A stretch of 64,000 nucleotides of DNA, filler included, from Globobulimina sp. (Eukaryota): NCBI GenBank assembly GCA_003354225.1. It is 33 parts of 33 records of this genome, joined end to end, with 100 filler letters (N's around TTAATTAATTAA, not from the genome) between each part and the next. Parts side by side here need not be neighbours in the genome. Positions count along the whole stretch, not along the records: positions 44,693 to 46,534 come from PIVH01011328.1; positions 46,635 to 48,476 come from PIVH01011329.1; positions 48,577 to 50,418 come from PIVH01011330.1; positions 50,519 to 52,360 come from PIVH01011331.1; positions 52,461 to 54,302 come from PIVH01011332.1; positions 54,403 to 56,244 come from PIVH01011333.1; positions 56,345 to 58,185 come from PIVH01011334.1; positions 58,286 to 60,126 come from PIVH01011335.1; 25 more parts are not named here. One strand, given 5' to 3'. The notes under the pieces were generated by a model. It had not been told where the DNA came from, made no database searches, and worked only from the letters and a program-made list of their open reading frames with translations. Both the position numbers and the translations under genes were made by a program. The number at the start of each line of letters is the position of its first letter. Positions within the stretch are counted from its first letter, which is position 1. Shown here piece after piece: positions 45,910 through 58,752 of this stretch.

Positions 45910-46534
45910 ATGAATAGATTTCAACATTTGCATCGCTTATCAAGACAGCTTATCAGTATTACCAATAAGAGATGCATCCAAACAAGAACAGAAAATGGTA
46001 TAATTTACGCAGAGCACAGATTTAAAACATGCACAATCCGTCAAATCAGTGCATTTCAAGATAATTGTATGTACAGTACACACCTAATGAATAATGAATT
46101 AATCTGTTTGCCACAATATACATTTTCAGATATTTATTTTATCCGTGATCATAAAACTGGCTTAATTGGCGTTGTTGATGCTGGCGAAACAAAACCAACA
46201 TTGGATGCAATAAATATGTGGAAAAACACAGAATTTATTGCTGATGGCCTTGATTTTATATTAAATACTCATCATCATAATGATCATATTGGTGCTAATT
46301 TAGATTTAAAACAAAAATATCCAAACTGTATAATTATTGGTTATAATAAAGCACAGTCTCGCTTGCCTGGATGCGACACGGTATATAATGATGGAGAGAT
46401 ATTTAGCACTTGTAATGAGTTACAATATGAATTGTTTGATACTGGAGGACATACAAAAGATCACTGTGCATTTCTTGATTCTCAAAATAATTTAATGTAT
46501 TTGTTAATTGTCCTTTTTTATGATCATTTTAATT
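45910..46534 (+). CDS. HAGH: Hydroxyacylglutathione hydrolase (glyoxalase II) with probable mitochondrial presequence; introns; truncated
   Basis: FQDN, VVDAGE, THHHNDHIGAN and TGGHTKDH, with an Arg-rich N-terminus. Confidence 0.88.
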
Positions 46535-47015
46535 NNNNNNNNNNNNNNNNNNNNNNNNNNNNNNNNNNNNNNNNNNNNTTAATTAATTAANNNNNNNNNN
46601 NNNNNNNNNNNNNNNNNNNNNNNNNNNNNNNNNNCAAATGATATTTCTAATGAGATAGATATTTAATAACACGCATATATTGATTTAGGTGATATTTAAT
46701 TGGCAATCCACAGCCATAGCACACAAAGAAAAGCAAAAGAAAAAAATTGATATATTTGAATAAATAATTTGGGGCAATCCACAGCCACAACAAACCAGTT
46801 TGGTTTTTATAATTTCATCTAATTTTTTGGATGTATTTGTTGTATACGAAATTGTTGTTTCAGTATTTTGATTTCGCTTTGACGAAGTGCGCAGTGATTT
46901 GATTGGATTACTACTATTTTTGTTTGAAACGTCCTTGTAGTGTTTTAATGATGACATTGTTTATTTAATTACAGTTTTTCGATCAGATGTAACTTTTTGA
47001 TATTTACAATTAATT

Positions 47016-48412
47016 ATGCGTTCGTCATTTTACTTGTTATTTTGTCTTTTTTATGCTTCGCATTCTCTCCCGGAAGAAAGGATATTTTCTGATCCAATGG
47101 GAACATCAACAGCCAGCCAATGGACATATGGTGGAAACGCTGTTATTCCATCGACAGCAAGTCAATGCAGCCCACAAAATAGCTGTTTTGAACTAAACAG
47201 CGGAGGTTGGGTAGAGAGAACATTATCAACTCAAGGATATCATGATATTAATTTTAATTTTATTTGCGATGCGGCAATTAATGGCAGAATTACGGTAAAA
47301 GTATACAATCAAAATACACTTTTAACAGAAACGTCCAGAGATATTCCGATTTGGGAAACAACAGAGACCATCAATCCATCTCCAACATCGTTATGGGATA
47401 ATATTTCACAATTTAAAATTCGATTTGAACGAGCAAGTGGATCAGTATACATTGATAGTTTAGAAATCAACGGTGTTCCTATCACATTGTCTCCAACGAG
47501 TACTGGTATATATATACTCATTATACTGTATATAGAAAATACAATAATGGATTTTATATAATATATAATGTCAAAGCCACAGATAACCCAACTTCATATC
47601 CAACAAATAACCCAACATCTTATCCAACAAACCATCCAACATCAAATCCAACAAATGTTCCAACCTCAAATCCAACCTCAAATCCAACCTCAAATCCAAC
47701 ATCAAATCCAACATCATATCCAACAAATAATCCCAGTAATCATCCAACAACAATATCTATGAGTACATCCTTTGCATCCTTGACAACAACGATATTTCCA
47801 ACAAGCACAGTGTTTCCCACAACAGCTCCATCTCTAAAAACGACCTCAGTCACCTCACATGATGGCAGTGTGCAAGAAGATGAAACAACCACTTCTGCAA
47901 ATGATGGAAATATTGATGACTCGCCAGCGGATGATTCTATATTTTCTGATGAGTACATGGTAACACATTGGTATTTGTTGGTAATTGTTTTGTTGGTATT
48001 GGTATGTTTTTTGTGTATGGCCATGTTATGTTGGAAAATAAAAACAAGGCTTGCATATGGAAGAAAAACAGAGGAACAAATACTGTCAGTTTCAAAAACA
48101 GAATTAACAGATCATAAAATCATGAAAACGGCAGGCCTACAGACTGCAGAGATAGAAATGGAACAGTTTTCAAGTGATGAGGTAAATACTAATATGATGA
48201 TTATGAATGAAGCAAATATGTTTGAAATAATACATGCGTGCACTGACCAAGGAGATGATGAGGATGACAGGGTCGATGAGGATGAGATTGATGAAATGTA
48301 CGGTCCAATGAAACAACAAACTGTAGGAGCAGATATTATGGCAAACTGTATTAATGTCACTGGTGGAAATTGGAATGAAAATGAACATGAAAATGAAAAA
48401 GAAAAAGAATGA
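47016..48412 (+). CDS. Type I membrane protein: signal peptide, beta-sandwich-like domain, PTSN repeats, TM, acidic tail (intron near 47505-47575)
   Basis: Signal peptide, 12-bp tandem repeats (CCAACCTCAAAT-type) at about 47580-47755, and TM segment WYLLVIVLLVLVCFLCMAMLCW. Confidence 0.7.
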
Positions 48413-48576
48413 ACTCTGTACGTATAAGAAGGAACTCTGTTCTTTAATATGATTGTGTTATTTATGTAAAATATTANNNNNNNNNNNNNNNNNNNNNNNN
48501 NNNNNNNNNNNNNNNNNNNNTTAATTAATTAANNNNNNNNNNNNNNNNNNNNNNNNNNNNNNNNNNNNNNNNNNNN

Positions 48577-50418
48577 TTGTCATTTATCAACAGTTTCAGC
48601 TTAAACACAAAATCATTCAATTTTGTATTTGTCTTTTCTAATTTCTTCAAACTTTCCCTCAAAAAAATCAAGCCGTTCAGCTCTTTTATACCCGCATATT
48701 CCTCATTATTTATTATGATTTTCGGGCATAATTTAGCTAAAATAAACCAGTCCTCATTCAGCCATTTATTCGGCAACAAATCATTCAAATAAATGTACGC
48801 CAAGCGTGATATTAATAATTCACCCTTTTCTGCGATCAATTCCTCCCTAAAATAACAATTTAAAATATCTCTTATTATCCTCCGATACTCAGAACAGTAA
48901 TACTCAAATAAATATTGGTCTTTTGTCTCTTTAAAATGCTCCAATTCGAACTCCCAGCCTTTAATCGCTGAGGATAACCAACATAAAATATTCAACGCGT
49001 CATTCTTTAGAAAGTTTGAACCCAAAGAACAGGGCAAATAACACAATAAAAACCATAATTTGCGTCTATTCGCAACCTCGCCGGCCAAAGTTATCAGACT
49101 AAAGTCGAGATTGTATATATTATCCTTACGCGGCGGCAATGGACATATATTCACGCCCAGCCATGCAAATAAATTGTCACTCCCCGTGCCCACATTGCGC
49201 CTCTTATCATTCCTGTTGTTTATCGCAGATATTATTTTAAAAATAGCTCTTGGTAACACCATTAAACTCAAATCATTTTCATTTTGAACATTATTGTAAA
49301 TACTCCACACACCATCTATTTCTATATTCGTTTTGCTTTTAAATATGTATTTGTTGTGATTCTTTTCCAGTTTATTCAATATCACTGCGATGTTGTTTGC
49401 CAACAACTTATTCTCATTCAATATATTTATCACATTCGAATCTAACCGCAATATAATGTCATGCTCATCCATTGATATCTTATCTGTGGCCGTGGCTGCA
49501 TTCATGGGTATAAACAATTTATTTTCCTCGGAGGTTAGGTCCATATTTGCCTCATGGCCGCCAGCCTGATCCTGCATGGAAATAGCATTGAAATTCTTGG
49601 CCACACCAAAAATATGGTACATTACACATATAACCGAATAAAAGTCATTCTGGATCAACGTATCCTGCAATTTGGCAAACTTTGCATCCTTTTTAAGGTA
49701 TTTATTTTGTTTAAATTCCTGCTCATTATCAATTTGCAATATATTGCCAATATGGCTCCAAATGGAAATTACTGGATTTTTCTGCGTCAAATCAAACTCG
49801 ATTTTGTCTCTCTCATCGATGTCTTTATATTGATGCACTACAAATTGCCGGAAGGATTGCAATATTTTGATGATGTTTGATTTTATGCTTTGATTCCTGT
49901 CCTTATCGTGTCTGTATAAGTTGTGATAACTATAATACACATCGTTGATATAATGGACAATCTCATTCAAAGGGATTACTTTTTTTTGATGTATCTGCTG
50001 TTCATATAATAATTTGTGGAACATAATGAGCATAATTTGCGTGGATTCTTTGTTGTCGGCGTTGTTGCTTAGAATCTGTAAATAAATGCTATCAAAATCT
50101 ATTTTCTTGTTGCTATATTTATTGATATCTTTCATGCAAATGCCCCATATTTGAAATAAGGAGCGGATGTATGTAGGACTGTGATGTCGAAATAGATTTT
50201 GTATGAAGAGGCGTTGTGTGTTGCTATATGGCGCTTTCATAACACGCGATAAGCGGATCCATTCAAATTTATTTACTATGTGTTCTTTATGGATACTATC
50301 ACACAAAAAGCGACGATGGAAATGGTAGGTTCCTTCGAATTTATTGTCGAATTTGTGTTCTTCTTTGCGTTGATTGGTAGTGGTGGTGGTGGTGGGTAAT
50401 GAAGTTAAAGCTGTGGTG
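48577..50418 (-). CDS. Large helical hypothetical protein, internal fragment
   Basis: An open frame spans essentially the whole contig, with no motif I recognise. Confidence 0.6.
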
Positions 50419-50518
50419 NNNNNNNNNNNNNNNNNNNNNNNNNNNNNNNNNNNNNNNNNNNNTTAATTAATTAANNNNNNNNNNNNNNNNNNNNNNNNNN
50501 NNNNNNNNNNNNNNNNNN

Positions 50519-50566
50519 AAGGCCCTTGAGAGCCTTATAAGGCCCTGAAGGGCCTTAAAAGGCCCT
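50519..50566. repeat. Short AAGGCCCT/CCTTATAAGG-type low-complexity repeat
   Basis: aaggcccttgagagccttataaggccctgaagggccttaaaaggccct at the contig start. Confidence 0.6.
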
Positions 50567-50573
50567 ACTTGCA

Positions 50574-52208
50574 TTGGAATATGGATATTTGGGCGCATCC
50601 GCCACGGGCAAATCTTACGATGCGTATAGTGTAATGGTTAGAAACTTGAGTTTCCGCATGGATCGTATTGATGTTACAACGCAAATACATGTCACTGCAG
50701 GCTTTACTAAATCATTTGTAGCGTTTACCATTCACAACCTTGATTTTGATAATAATGTGGCCGATCGTTTAGAAAAGAAATGGAATGTATTGACTGTGCA
50801 ATTTGATGTATATAACTGGTCCATTGTGCAATATGAGGAAAGCATGGCAGTCAAAGAATTAACAGATTATGATTATAATATTGGAACTATTGCTTTCGTA
50901 TCATTCACGACATGTATATGGATTATAGGAATCCTCTCTTTTTTGCATACAAAGGGTAAATTAAAATGTTTGGATAAAGTGCCAGGTATTAAACCATGTG
51001 ACGATGAACGATATGTCAGCATCATTAGATATGGTGCGCAGACATTAGATTTATATTCGGATGTCGCGTTCTGTTGGGAATTATATGTATTTTCAGATAC
51101 TTTAATGGGGAATGATTTGACTGTTATTAGGATTTTATACAGTTTATCATTTGTATTCTTCCTGCTGCCATTCACAATAAATTTAATCGTTGCAGTTGTA
51201 TTTCAAAAATTTATGGGTCGGCAGGAGCAGAGACTATCAGTTTTCACACAAAATTGGTTCAATCGGTATTCGCGCTTATTTTCCATTCTTGTGATTGTAT
51301 CTGGCTCCGTTTCAGCTTCGTTGCAATTAATAAATTCGAGTATGTTCGGTCATTCTTTTTTTCATGCTGGATTTACAAGATATGAATTATCAGAAATGGC
51401 TAAATTTAGAATTCTTTTTAATGTTTTAATTGAAAACATGCCGCAATTTATGGTTCAGTTGTTTTATTTGAATTATTTCAAAGGAGATATTGTATCATTG
51501 ACCTTTGTGGTCTCTACGGCTTCATCGATAATCAGCATATTATCATCAATTATGGAGTATTTCTTAAAAAGACAGCATACTCCAACATTTCAGACGAGAT
51601 TTAATATTGAAATTGTTTTGGTGGCACAAAAGCAAACAGAATTACGATATGTACAAAGTTTGATTGATCATAACAGAGAAAAATCGAGCAGCAAAACCAA
51701 GATTGAAGTTCGCGATGCAAATGTTAAAAAATTGCATAAACGCGGTAATTTGAGGAAAGCCATTAAAAAGAATGTTGCCAAATGTGTTTGTAAATTATCT
51801 GACAATTTTGAATTATTGTATTGTTATCAGCAGATTGATGGATTGACTCTTCATGGATTATGTTCCAGTGACGATTATAAAACATTGCATGACTTGTTTT
51901 TGAAATATGAGCAAGAATTGGTGAAAATTGTTAAAAAGGTATATAAAATTGATGGTAAAATTCAATTGAAAAGTAAAACGGATGGGTTATTATCACAGAA
52001 ATATTGGAAAGTTGATTTTATTGTGTTTGATGAGGATGGCCGAAATATGCATAATACGGCGATTGAATTAGCCAGAATGGATCGAGTGGATCCGGATAAT
52101 AAAAGTTTCCGAACAAAAAGCATTGGCAAGGATGGGATATTAAAAGTTTTCAATATCAAACAGCAAAAGGGCAGAGCAGAAACAGTGGTGGAGGAACACG
52201 TAGATTAA
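50574..52208 (+). CDS. Multi-pass membrane protein, C-terminal part (XK-related-like motifs)
   Basis: About 6 TM segments with LDLYSDVAF and IENMPQFMVQL. Confidence 0.65.
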   Translation: MEYGYLGASATGKSYDAYSVMVRNLSFRMDRIDVTTQIHVTAGFTKSFVAFTIHNLDFDNNVADRLEKKWNVLTVQFDVYNWSIVQYEESMAVKELTDYDYNIGTIAFVSFTTCIWIIGILSFLHTKGKLKCLDKVPGIKPCDDERYVSIIRYGAQTLDLYSDVAFCWELYVFSDTLMGNDLTVIRILYSLSFVFFLLPFTINLIVAVVFQKFMGRQEQRLSVFTQNWFNRYSRLFSILVIVSGSVSASLQLINSSMFGHSFFHAGFTRYELSEMAKFRILFNVLIENMPQFMVQLFYLNYFKGDIVSLTFVVSTASSIISILSSIMEYFLKRQHTPTFQTRFNIEIVLVAQKQTELRYVQSLIDHNREKSSSKTKIEVRDANVKKLHKRGNLRKAIKKNVAKCVCKLSDNFELLYCYQQIDGLTLHGLCSSDDYKTLHDLFLKYEQELVKIVKKVYKIDGKIQLKSKTDGLLSQKYWKVDFIVFDEDGRNMHNTAIELARMDRVDPDNKSFRTKSIGKDGILKVFNIKQQKGRAETVVEEHVD

Positions 52209-53544
52209 TATTGACAAACTCATTGCCTTATTACTCATTCTTATTTCTGATTTCTTTTTTAGTTGAGTTTGTTGTCTTAATTATTTTTTTTGTTATTTTG
52301 TCGTGTGTATTCATAATTATTCAATAATTAATAATTGCTCTATTCGCAGTCACTTCCGATNNNNNNNNNNNNNNNNNNNNNNNNNNNNNNNNNNNNNNNN
52401 NNNNTTAATTAATTAANNNNNNNNNNNNNNNNNNNNNNNNNNNNNNNNNNNNNNNNNNNNTTGGGATGGTTTGATCTTTATTGGTTCGACTTTTCATCGG
52501 ATTTGGATATGTTTGTTGCTGTTTGTAATATAGATAAAGAAAAGTACTGTAAACTGTACATATTATTTGGATTTGGTCTAAAACAATTTATAAAACATAG
52601 TAAAACACAGCAAACATTTGATAAAACAAATGAAAATAGTATTTTATCAGAAGTCAGTAAAATCGAGGCTGGTAACGAGTTTCTGAAAACACAGTTTTTC
52701 ACGCCAAGGGGGGCGCGTCTTAGGCCGAGATTATATAACTGACTTTTGATACAATGTTTTACCAAAAAAAATGACCATACAATGATTTTGCCATAATTTA
52801 TAATGTTCATATTTATGATTTCCCACTTTTTGATTAGTTTCATGGGACAAAATATATCACAAAACAAAACAACACAAAACACATAATATATTCATAACTC
52901 GATGACATTAAAATACGAACGAGATCGACATGCAACGATCGATGACATTAACTCAAAGTCCAAAGCTTTTTCCAGCTTTCGGAGCGAAGCGAGACATCAA
53001 AAACAATGGATGCTTTCGGAGCGAAGCGAGTCATCCATGGATATAATGCATGCATGGTATTTATACTATACTATACTATCCTATACTATCCTATTTATGA
53101 CGGGGCATGGTGACAAAGTTGGTCGAGGTTTATCCCGGGCGACCGCTGGTGACATGGTGGTCAAAGAGATCATGGGACGTAGCACCATGGTTAAAATCGT
53201 CAATCATTGGTCTGTAGTATGTTCAATAGTCTTTATAATTTGAATATAAAATGTGAAGTACCCGGTTTGTGTTATGACTTTACAGCAACAAATTGGTTTC
53301 AATGACATGTGAATCCTGGAATACATTGGCGAAATAAACAGATCATCATGTTTTAGCCTTCATTTACAAATGTAATCATTTAAAATTTTGTAAATATAAA
53401 CCCTTGCAAACAAGTTTAATAATTGGATAGCACCGGATCGAAAATTAGCAGCAGTTTTTCCTTTGGAAAAATTTAAAATAAGTTATAAATGTTACAATAA
53501 ATTGGAACAAATATTGTCGCCAAATACGTTTAGATTGGATTTGG

Positions 53545-53856
53545 ATGAAAAAGAATCGGATATTATGGACAAAAATTGATAATAATAAAATAAATTTAGA
53601 TAATTTGGATAAATGGCAGGGTTTTATGAGTTGTGCGAAATTGAAGAAATTAAACATAACCAAAGGAAGAGACGATTGTATTTGTAGAAAATACCCAAAT
53701 ATCATGAATATGGCAAAAAAATGGAAATCAATAATTACGGGACAAGCAGTAAAAATAAACAGATCATCATGTTTTATCAGAGATATTATTTACGTAATTT
53801 ATTGCAAAAATTGCAAAAAAGTGTGGACGTGGAAAAAGTGGACAAAGACAATTTAA
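53545..53856 (+). pseudogene. Degenerate Penelope-like GIY-YIG endonuclease region
   Basis: SSCFIRDIIYVIYCKNCKK resembles CxxxNVIYxIxCxxC. The downstream YxG motif is lost. Confidence 0.45.
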
Positions 53857-54402
53857 AACAAGAAAGAGGGAGCATACCGGCGACAATTTACAAAACACCA
53901 TAAAACAAAACGATAACAATAAATAGAGAAGCAATATTGGGGAGCCTTCACCTAGGGGCAAAGCACTTATTGAGCGAAAGTTTGAGCGTAATTGTGAGCG
54001 TAATTGTAAGCGTTAAACAAAGCGAGCATGGTAATGAAGTGAAGTAAATACTTAAAACGTGAATCGTATAAATTAATGCCTGGAAATATAATAAATGAAA
54101 TACCTCATATATTATCACCAGGTTTAGGCATAAAATGAATCAAATTTAATATGGATAAATTGATGCAATTACGACACGATACACAATGTCAAATAATGCC
54201 AGAGAATATAATTAATAATATACCAGAGATATTACCCGTTTGACAAGTTTTTTAAAAAATCACACTGGTGTGATTTGTGTGATTTGTGTGACTGGTGTGA
54301 TTNNNNNNNNNNNNNNNNNNNNNNNNNNNNNNNNNNNNNNNNNNNNTTAATTAATTAANNNNNNNNNNNNNNNNNNNNNNNNNNNNNNNNNNNNNNNNNN
54401 NN

Positions 54403-54672
54403 TGCTTTATAAGCATTCAGATGCTTAATCAAGGATGCCAATTTTTTACCCTGCCAGGAATTATTGTCTTCACTGTATAAAGCACGTTCCAGTTGAGTTA
54501 ATTGTTCTGATAAGGAGACATTATCCAGTCGTCTGGCTAACTCAGCTAATGAGTAAACTGACTCCAGGCCAGGTTGACTGGTACACCAGTTTAACAGTGC
54601 ATCTTTAGTTTTAGATGCAGAATTTTGTTTACAGGCTCTTACAACAGATACATTCTGCCAGCTCACAGACAT
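54403..54672 (-). CDS. Bacterial BatD-like protein, C-terminal fragment (gammaproteobacterial type)
   Basis: ACKQN.A..TKDALLNW...SLAELA...L.EQLTQLERALY.....WQGKKL. Confidence 0.6.
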
Positions 54673-54948
54673 TTAATAAGTATCACTGATCTATTTATTC
54701 ACCGTTACATTTATTTAAGATTTCAGAATAATCAGATAAGATCTGATCTAAATACTGATCTGATCTGATATATATACCTGCAATATATTGATGAGTGATT
54801 GTTCTATTTAAGAAGATTTATGATTTATAATTAAATTTTTGAGATTGTTGTTGGTTGATACTGATCCGTGGGATGTTTGGTTTTCGACGGGATGTTTGGT
54901 TGGAAATGTAAAACTGTTTAAACCACTCAGCTCAAATTAAGTTAAACC

Positions 54949-56022
54949 ATGGGTCGATCATCACGAAAGTTCACAATGTCAAACAAATGCAGTTTCCGAC
55001 GTCGACTGAAAAGATTTCGCTGTGTTGTGTTGATTATATTATTTGGAATTCTGATGACGATTAGTTTTACAATATATCAACTGTCTATTTCTGCCCCAGA
55101 CAACCAACAGATACACAATAATATATTCCAACCCATCATACAACAAAATGCACTCAAATCCAGCCACCACACTACACAGAATCCCACACAAAAACCAGCC
55201 ACCACACTAACTCCAACACGAAAACCAATCAAATTACAGCAACATATTGAACATAATTGGTTTAGCAAACCACAAACTGTCACCACAATCAACTCCAAAC
55301 TAACAACAAAGCCACCAACTGACAAACCTTCCCCATTGCAATCGGAATTGCACCACAAACCTCACAAATATGTACACATTGAGCGCCAGTCATGGACTGT
55401 TAACTGGACACTAGCAAATTCAGTGCATAATCTAACCGCAGATAATGTATCATCATCAGTCATATGGAAACATGCACATTACACTGGTCATTGTGGCACG
55501 CAGTTATATCCAATCCTGACCAATGCAAATGGAGTGCAGTATTTATGGGTTCACGATGTGATGTCCATTGAGCTGGCGACCAAAGTATGGATATTTGCCA
55601 CTGATCCAAGCTCTGTATTTAACAGAGAGACTGAACCACCAATTTGGTTGGGATTATATGAGTCATATTTAATCTGTGCGTTCAATGATGGCTCCACTGT
55701 GATTTCGCAGGAAATTAAATTTATGAGGAGGAAAAACTTAGATTTCCTCATTGTTATTTGTGATATTCCGCTATCTTTGAGAGGAGCGGTGTTATCGTCT
55801 GGTTTCAATACAAGTGTTGCTGTCTCTTTGTTTGATTCACGAAATAGATCGTTGAATATCATAGGGGATACATTGTGGATCAATGTCACCATTCCAGTTT
55901 GTTCCACTTTTGTGGTGAATCGAGGCAAACATATTTATCACAGCGACGGTGCGCAATTTTCGCATATTATAAACTCTGATGATCCAATTAAGGTATTACA
56001 GTGCACTGCGATTATTATGTAA
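54949..56022 (+). CDS. Type II membrane protein with stem region, possibly a glycosyltransferase (first exon)
   Basis: Basic N-terminus, single TM, Pro/Thr stem and a lumenal Cys-containing domain. No catalytic motif is visible. Confidence 0.55.
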   Translation: MGRSSRKFTMSNKCSFRRRLKRFRCVVLIILFGILMTISFTIYQLSISAPDNQQIHNNIFQPIIQQNALKSSHHTTQNPTQKPATTLTPTRKPIKLQQHIEHNWFSKPQTVTTINSKLTTKPPTDKPSPLQSELHHKPHKYVHIERQSWTVNWTLANSVHNLTADNVSSSVIWKHAHYTGHCGTQLYPILTNANGVQYLWVHDVMSIELATKVWIFATDPSSVFNRETEPPIWLGLYESYLICAFNDGSTVISQEIKFMRRKNLDFLIVICDIPLSLRGAVLSSGFNTSVAVSLFDSRNRSLNIIGDTLWINVTIPVCSTFVVNRGKHIYHSDGAQFSHIINSDDPIKVLQCTAIIM

Positions 56023-56344
56023 TATAACTGTGTTTTTGATAATGTGTTGGCGTAAAATGTTACACAAAAACATAAACAATATTACATAAAACTGTGGTAA
56101 TATAAATTGCGTTATTTTTTATGCATTTTATATGAATTAATGTGTTGATGTTTTGATACCTTAAGGAAAAAAAGAATCATTTTTTAAGTGCATGTTTAAT
56201 TATTCATCCATTGGCGGATAAATACAATGAAATGAATACGCGGANNNNNNNNNNNNNNNNNNNNNNNNNNNNNNNNNNNNNNNNNNNNTTAATTAATTAA
56301 NNNNNNNNNNNNNNNNNNNNNNNNNNNNNNNNNNNNNNNNNNNN

Positions 56345-58185
56345 CCTGTTTGACCATGCTACTGAAGACCATCACGCATTTACTGGACCATTACAGGAAG
56401 TTGGTGGTGTTGGACGAAGAGGGCAAGAAACGCCACAATATGCCGCGAATGGGCATGTATCAGAAGCTCATCAACAACGAGAAATGAAGACCCACTCCGC
56501 AAAGGGCAAGAGTTGCCGGCCTGGTTTGTGTGGCAGAATCGAGCCGACGCCCTGGGTTTTGTGCTGTTGTGCCACTATCATATGCATGTTCGGGTGCATG
56601 CCTTGGAGTTTCTGAATAAGATCACCGCCATTTACAGGGAGTTCACCGGCGTGGGTGGTGGCAGTGTGTACATCCAAAAGAATAGCTTGGACGCGCTGGC
56701 ACAGAGCCGCGTGATCGATGTGCTGAACGAGAGCAAGAGTTTGGGGGAACGCACCGTGGGGGGTTTGATCGCAACGCACGGCCGGTCCATCGCGAGGAGG
56801 GCCACCATGAAATATGACGATGAGTGCCAGCAATCGGACAACAAAAGCAATCAGAACATGTTGCGCAGATCGTCGACGTACCAGCCGCAGACTGCCAATG
56901 TGGATTTTTCGCAATGCATTCATCAATGGGCTTGATACCATTTTGTATCTCTCAGTTGGCGAAGAGAGTGGTGGCCTCGCATTTGCACGAAACGATATTG
57001 AATGTGCTGGACGTGCTGCTGTATACGTTGTCGTTTATGCCGCCGCATACGGCTGCTTCGCGGGATAAAACTGGTTGGAGTTCGCAGCAAGAATGGCAGG
57101 GCAACCATTTTATTCGCGGATACTGGATCTCGTTACACACGCTCTTTTTCAGCATCATCGGCTCCGGTTTGAGCAATCCGTTTAGTGTGTCGTGCAAAAA
57201 AGATTTGGAGCTTTTTAAGCAGAATCATTTGAATAAGCGGAAGATCAACGACTCGTTCAAGTTAACAAAGAAACAGTTTGAGGCGTATTTGGACGAGTTT
57301 TGGTACTGTTTATACGAGGAATCGCTGTGGGTTCGCGATGCGGTGAACACCATCTTGCAACAGACGCATTGGGAGTCGATCCCCATTGTCTTGCAAAGCA
57401 TAAATAAGAGCTATGAGAGCGCCAAGCAAAGGCGCAAGAAAGGCAAGAATATCATCTCCGACACCGTGTATTTGCTAAAACACATAGCGGAGATCGCAAA
57501 GTTCCCCGCGGGGATTTATATTGGCGGCGAGCAGATTGTTGATATGGTTTTCAATTTCATCAAAGACGTGAAACAGCAGGCTTTCACCCACGACCGTATG
57601 GTGAAGAAGCGATGGTGGGATACACAGACGGAGTTAGCCGAATTTTATGCGTATTTTCTGCGCTCTTTGTCGAAAATAGGAGCACATAACGAATTGCGGA
57701 ACGAATTCTGGGCCTTTGACTTTATTAAACAGAAGAAAGACAGGTTGGATATCCTGGAGATTCGCAGAACGTGGCTGCAAAAAAAGAACCATACTTCGAA
57801 CGGGATCATCAAAAAAGACCCCATGCCGCATATCAAGAAATCCAAAACCATTGACCGCTTTGCTATGTTTAAATGGCTGTTGCAGTTTTTGGTGGATGTG
57901 GAGAAAATTGTGACGCCCTTTGTGGACCCAAACGAAGCCCGCGAGCAAAAGCAGAGGACGATCAAAGTGCGGCGCGCGGTGTTCCAGTCGGTGCAGTATT
58001 TGTTAAATATGGGCACATTGATCCCGACCCACCAATTACAGCAAGACGGCTATATCATAAATCTGCTCCGTGGGCGGAAAGGCATCGACAAAGATTTCGA
58101 GGCCCATTATTCCTTACAAACTTCGAGCAAAAATAAGTGTATTTTGCAGGTGTTTATTGAGGCTGAAAACGAGGGATTCCAATGT
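56345..58185 (+). CDS. Furry / MOR2-PAG1 (Tao3)-like scaffold, internal fragment with frame changes
   Basis: ADALGFVLLCHYHMHVRVHALEFL and RVIDVLNE resemble the MOR2-PAG1 N-terminal domain as I recall it. Confidence 0.55.
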
Positions 58186-58285
58186 NNNNNNNNNNNNNNN
58201 NNNNNNNNNNNNNNNNNNNNNNNNNNNNNTTAATTAATTAANNNNNNNNNNNNNNNNNNNNNNNNNNNNNNNNNNNNNNNNNNNN

Positions 58286-58700
58286 ATATTGATGATATGA
58301 TTGAATTGGATAAAGAGGAAATATTTATATTTATATTGGTTGCTTTGTCGGTATCAATTATTGGTTTATCAGTACTCTCCGTATCAAATTCAAATGGTTC
58401 TGGCGATGGGATTTTAATGTCGCCGCATATAATATTATTATTTTTTATTTTTATGTTTTGTAATGATGCTAATAATTGGTCAATTTCAGCTGAATCAATG
58501 TTTGATAATGAGTACAAACCATTTTTCATTATATTTAATATATGCGCTGCCATAGGACTCCCCATCGCAAATACTATCCATTCTTTTAAGTCTTTTTTGT
58601 TTGATGTTTCTAATTCTTCTTTTAATGTCAACATTGATTTGAACTGTGACTTGTATGTTGGTGTATTTGTGTAAAGTGATAACATTGAGGACATTGCCAT
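58286..58700 (-). CDS. Hypothetical protein, N-terminal fragment
   Basis: The frame is open from an ATG to the contig edge, divergent from the 7TM-RGS gene. Confidence 0.45.
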
Positions 58701-58752
58701 TCGTTGGATGGCCAAGGTTTTTGGTAGTGACTATTTCAAAACTTGCACCAGA

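Noticed and set aside
54403-54949. Horizontal transfer of a bacterial batD gene into the host genome
   Set aside because: The fragment lacks its 5' part and joins abruptly, so a chimera is the simpler explanation without read support.
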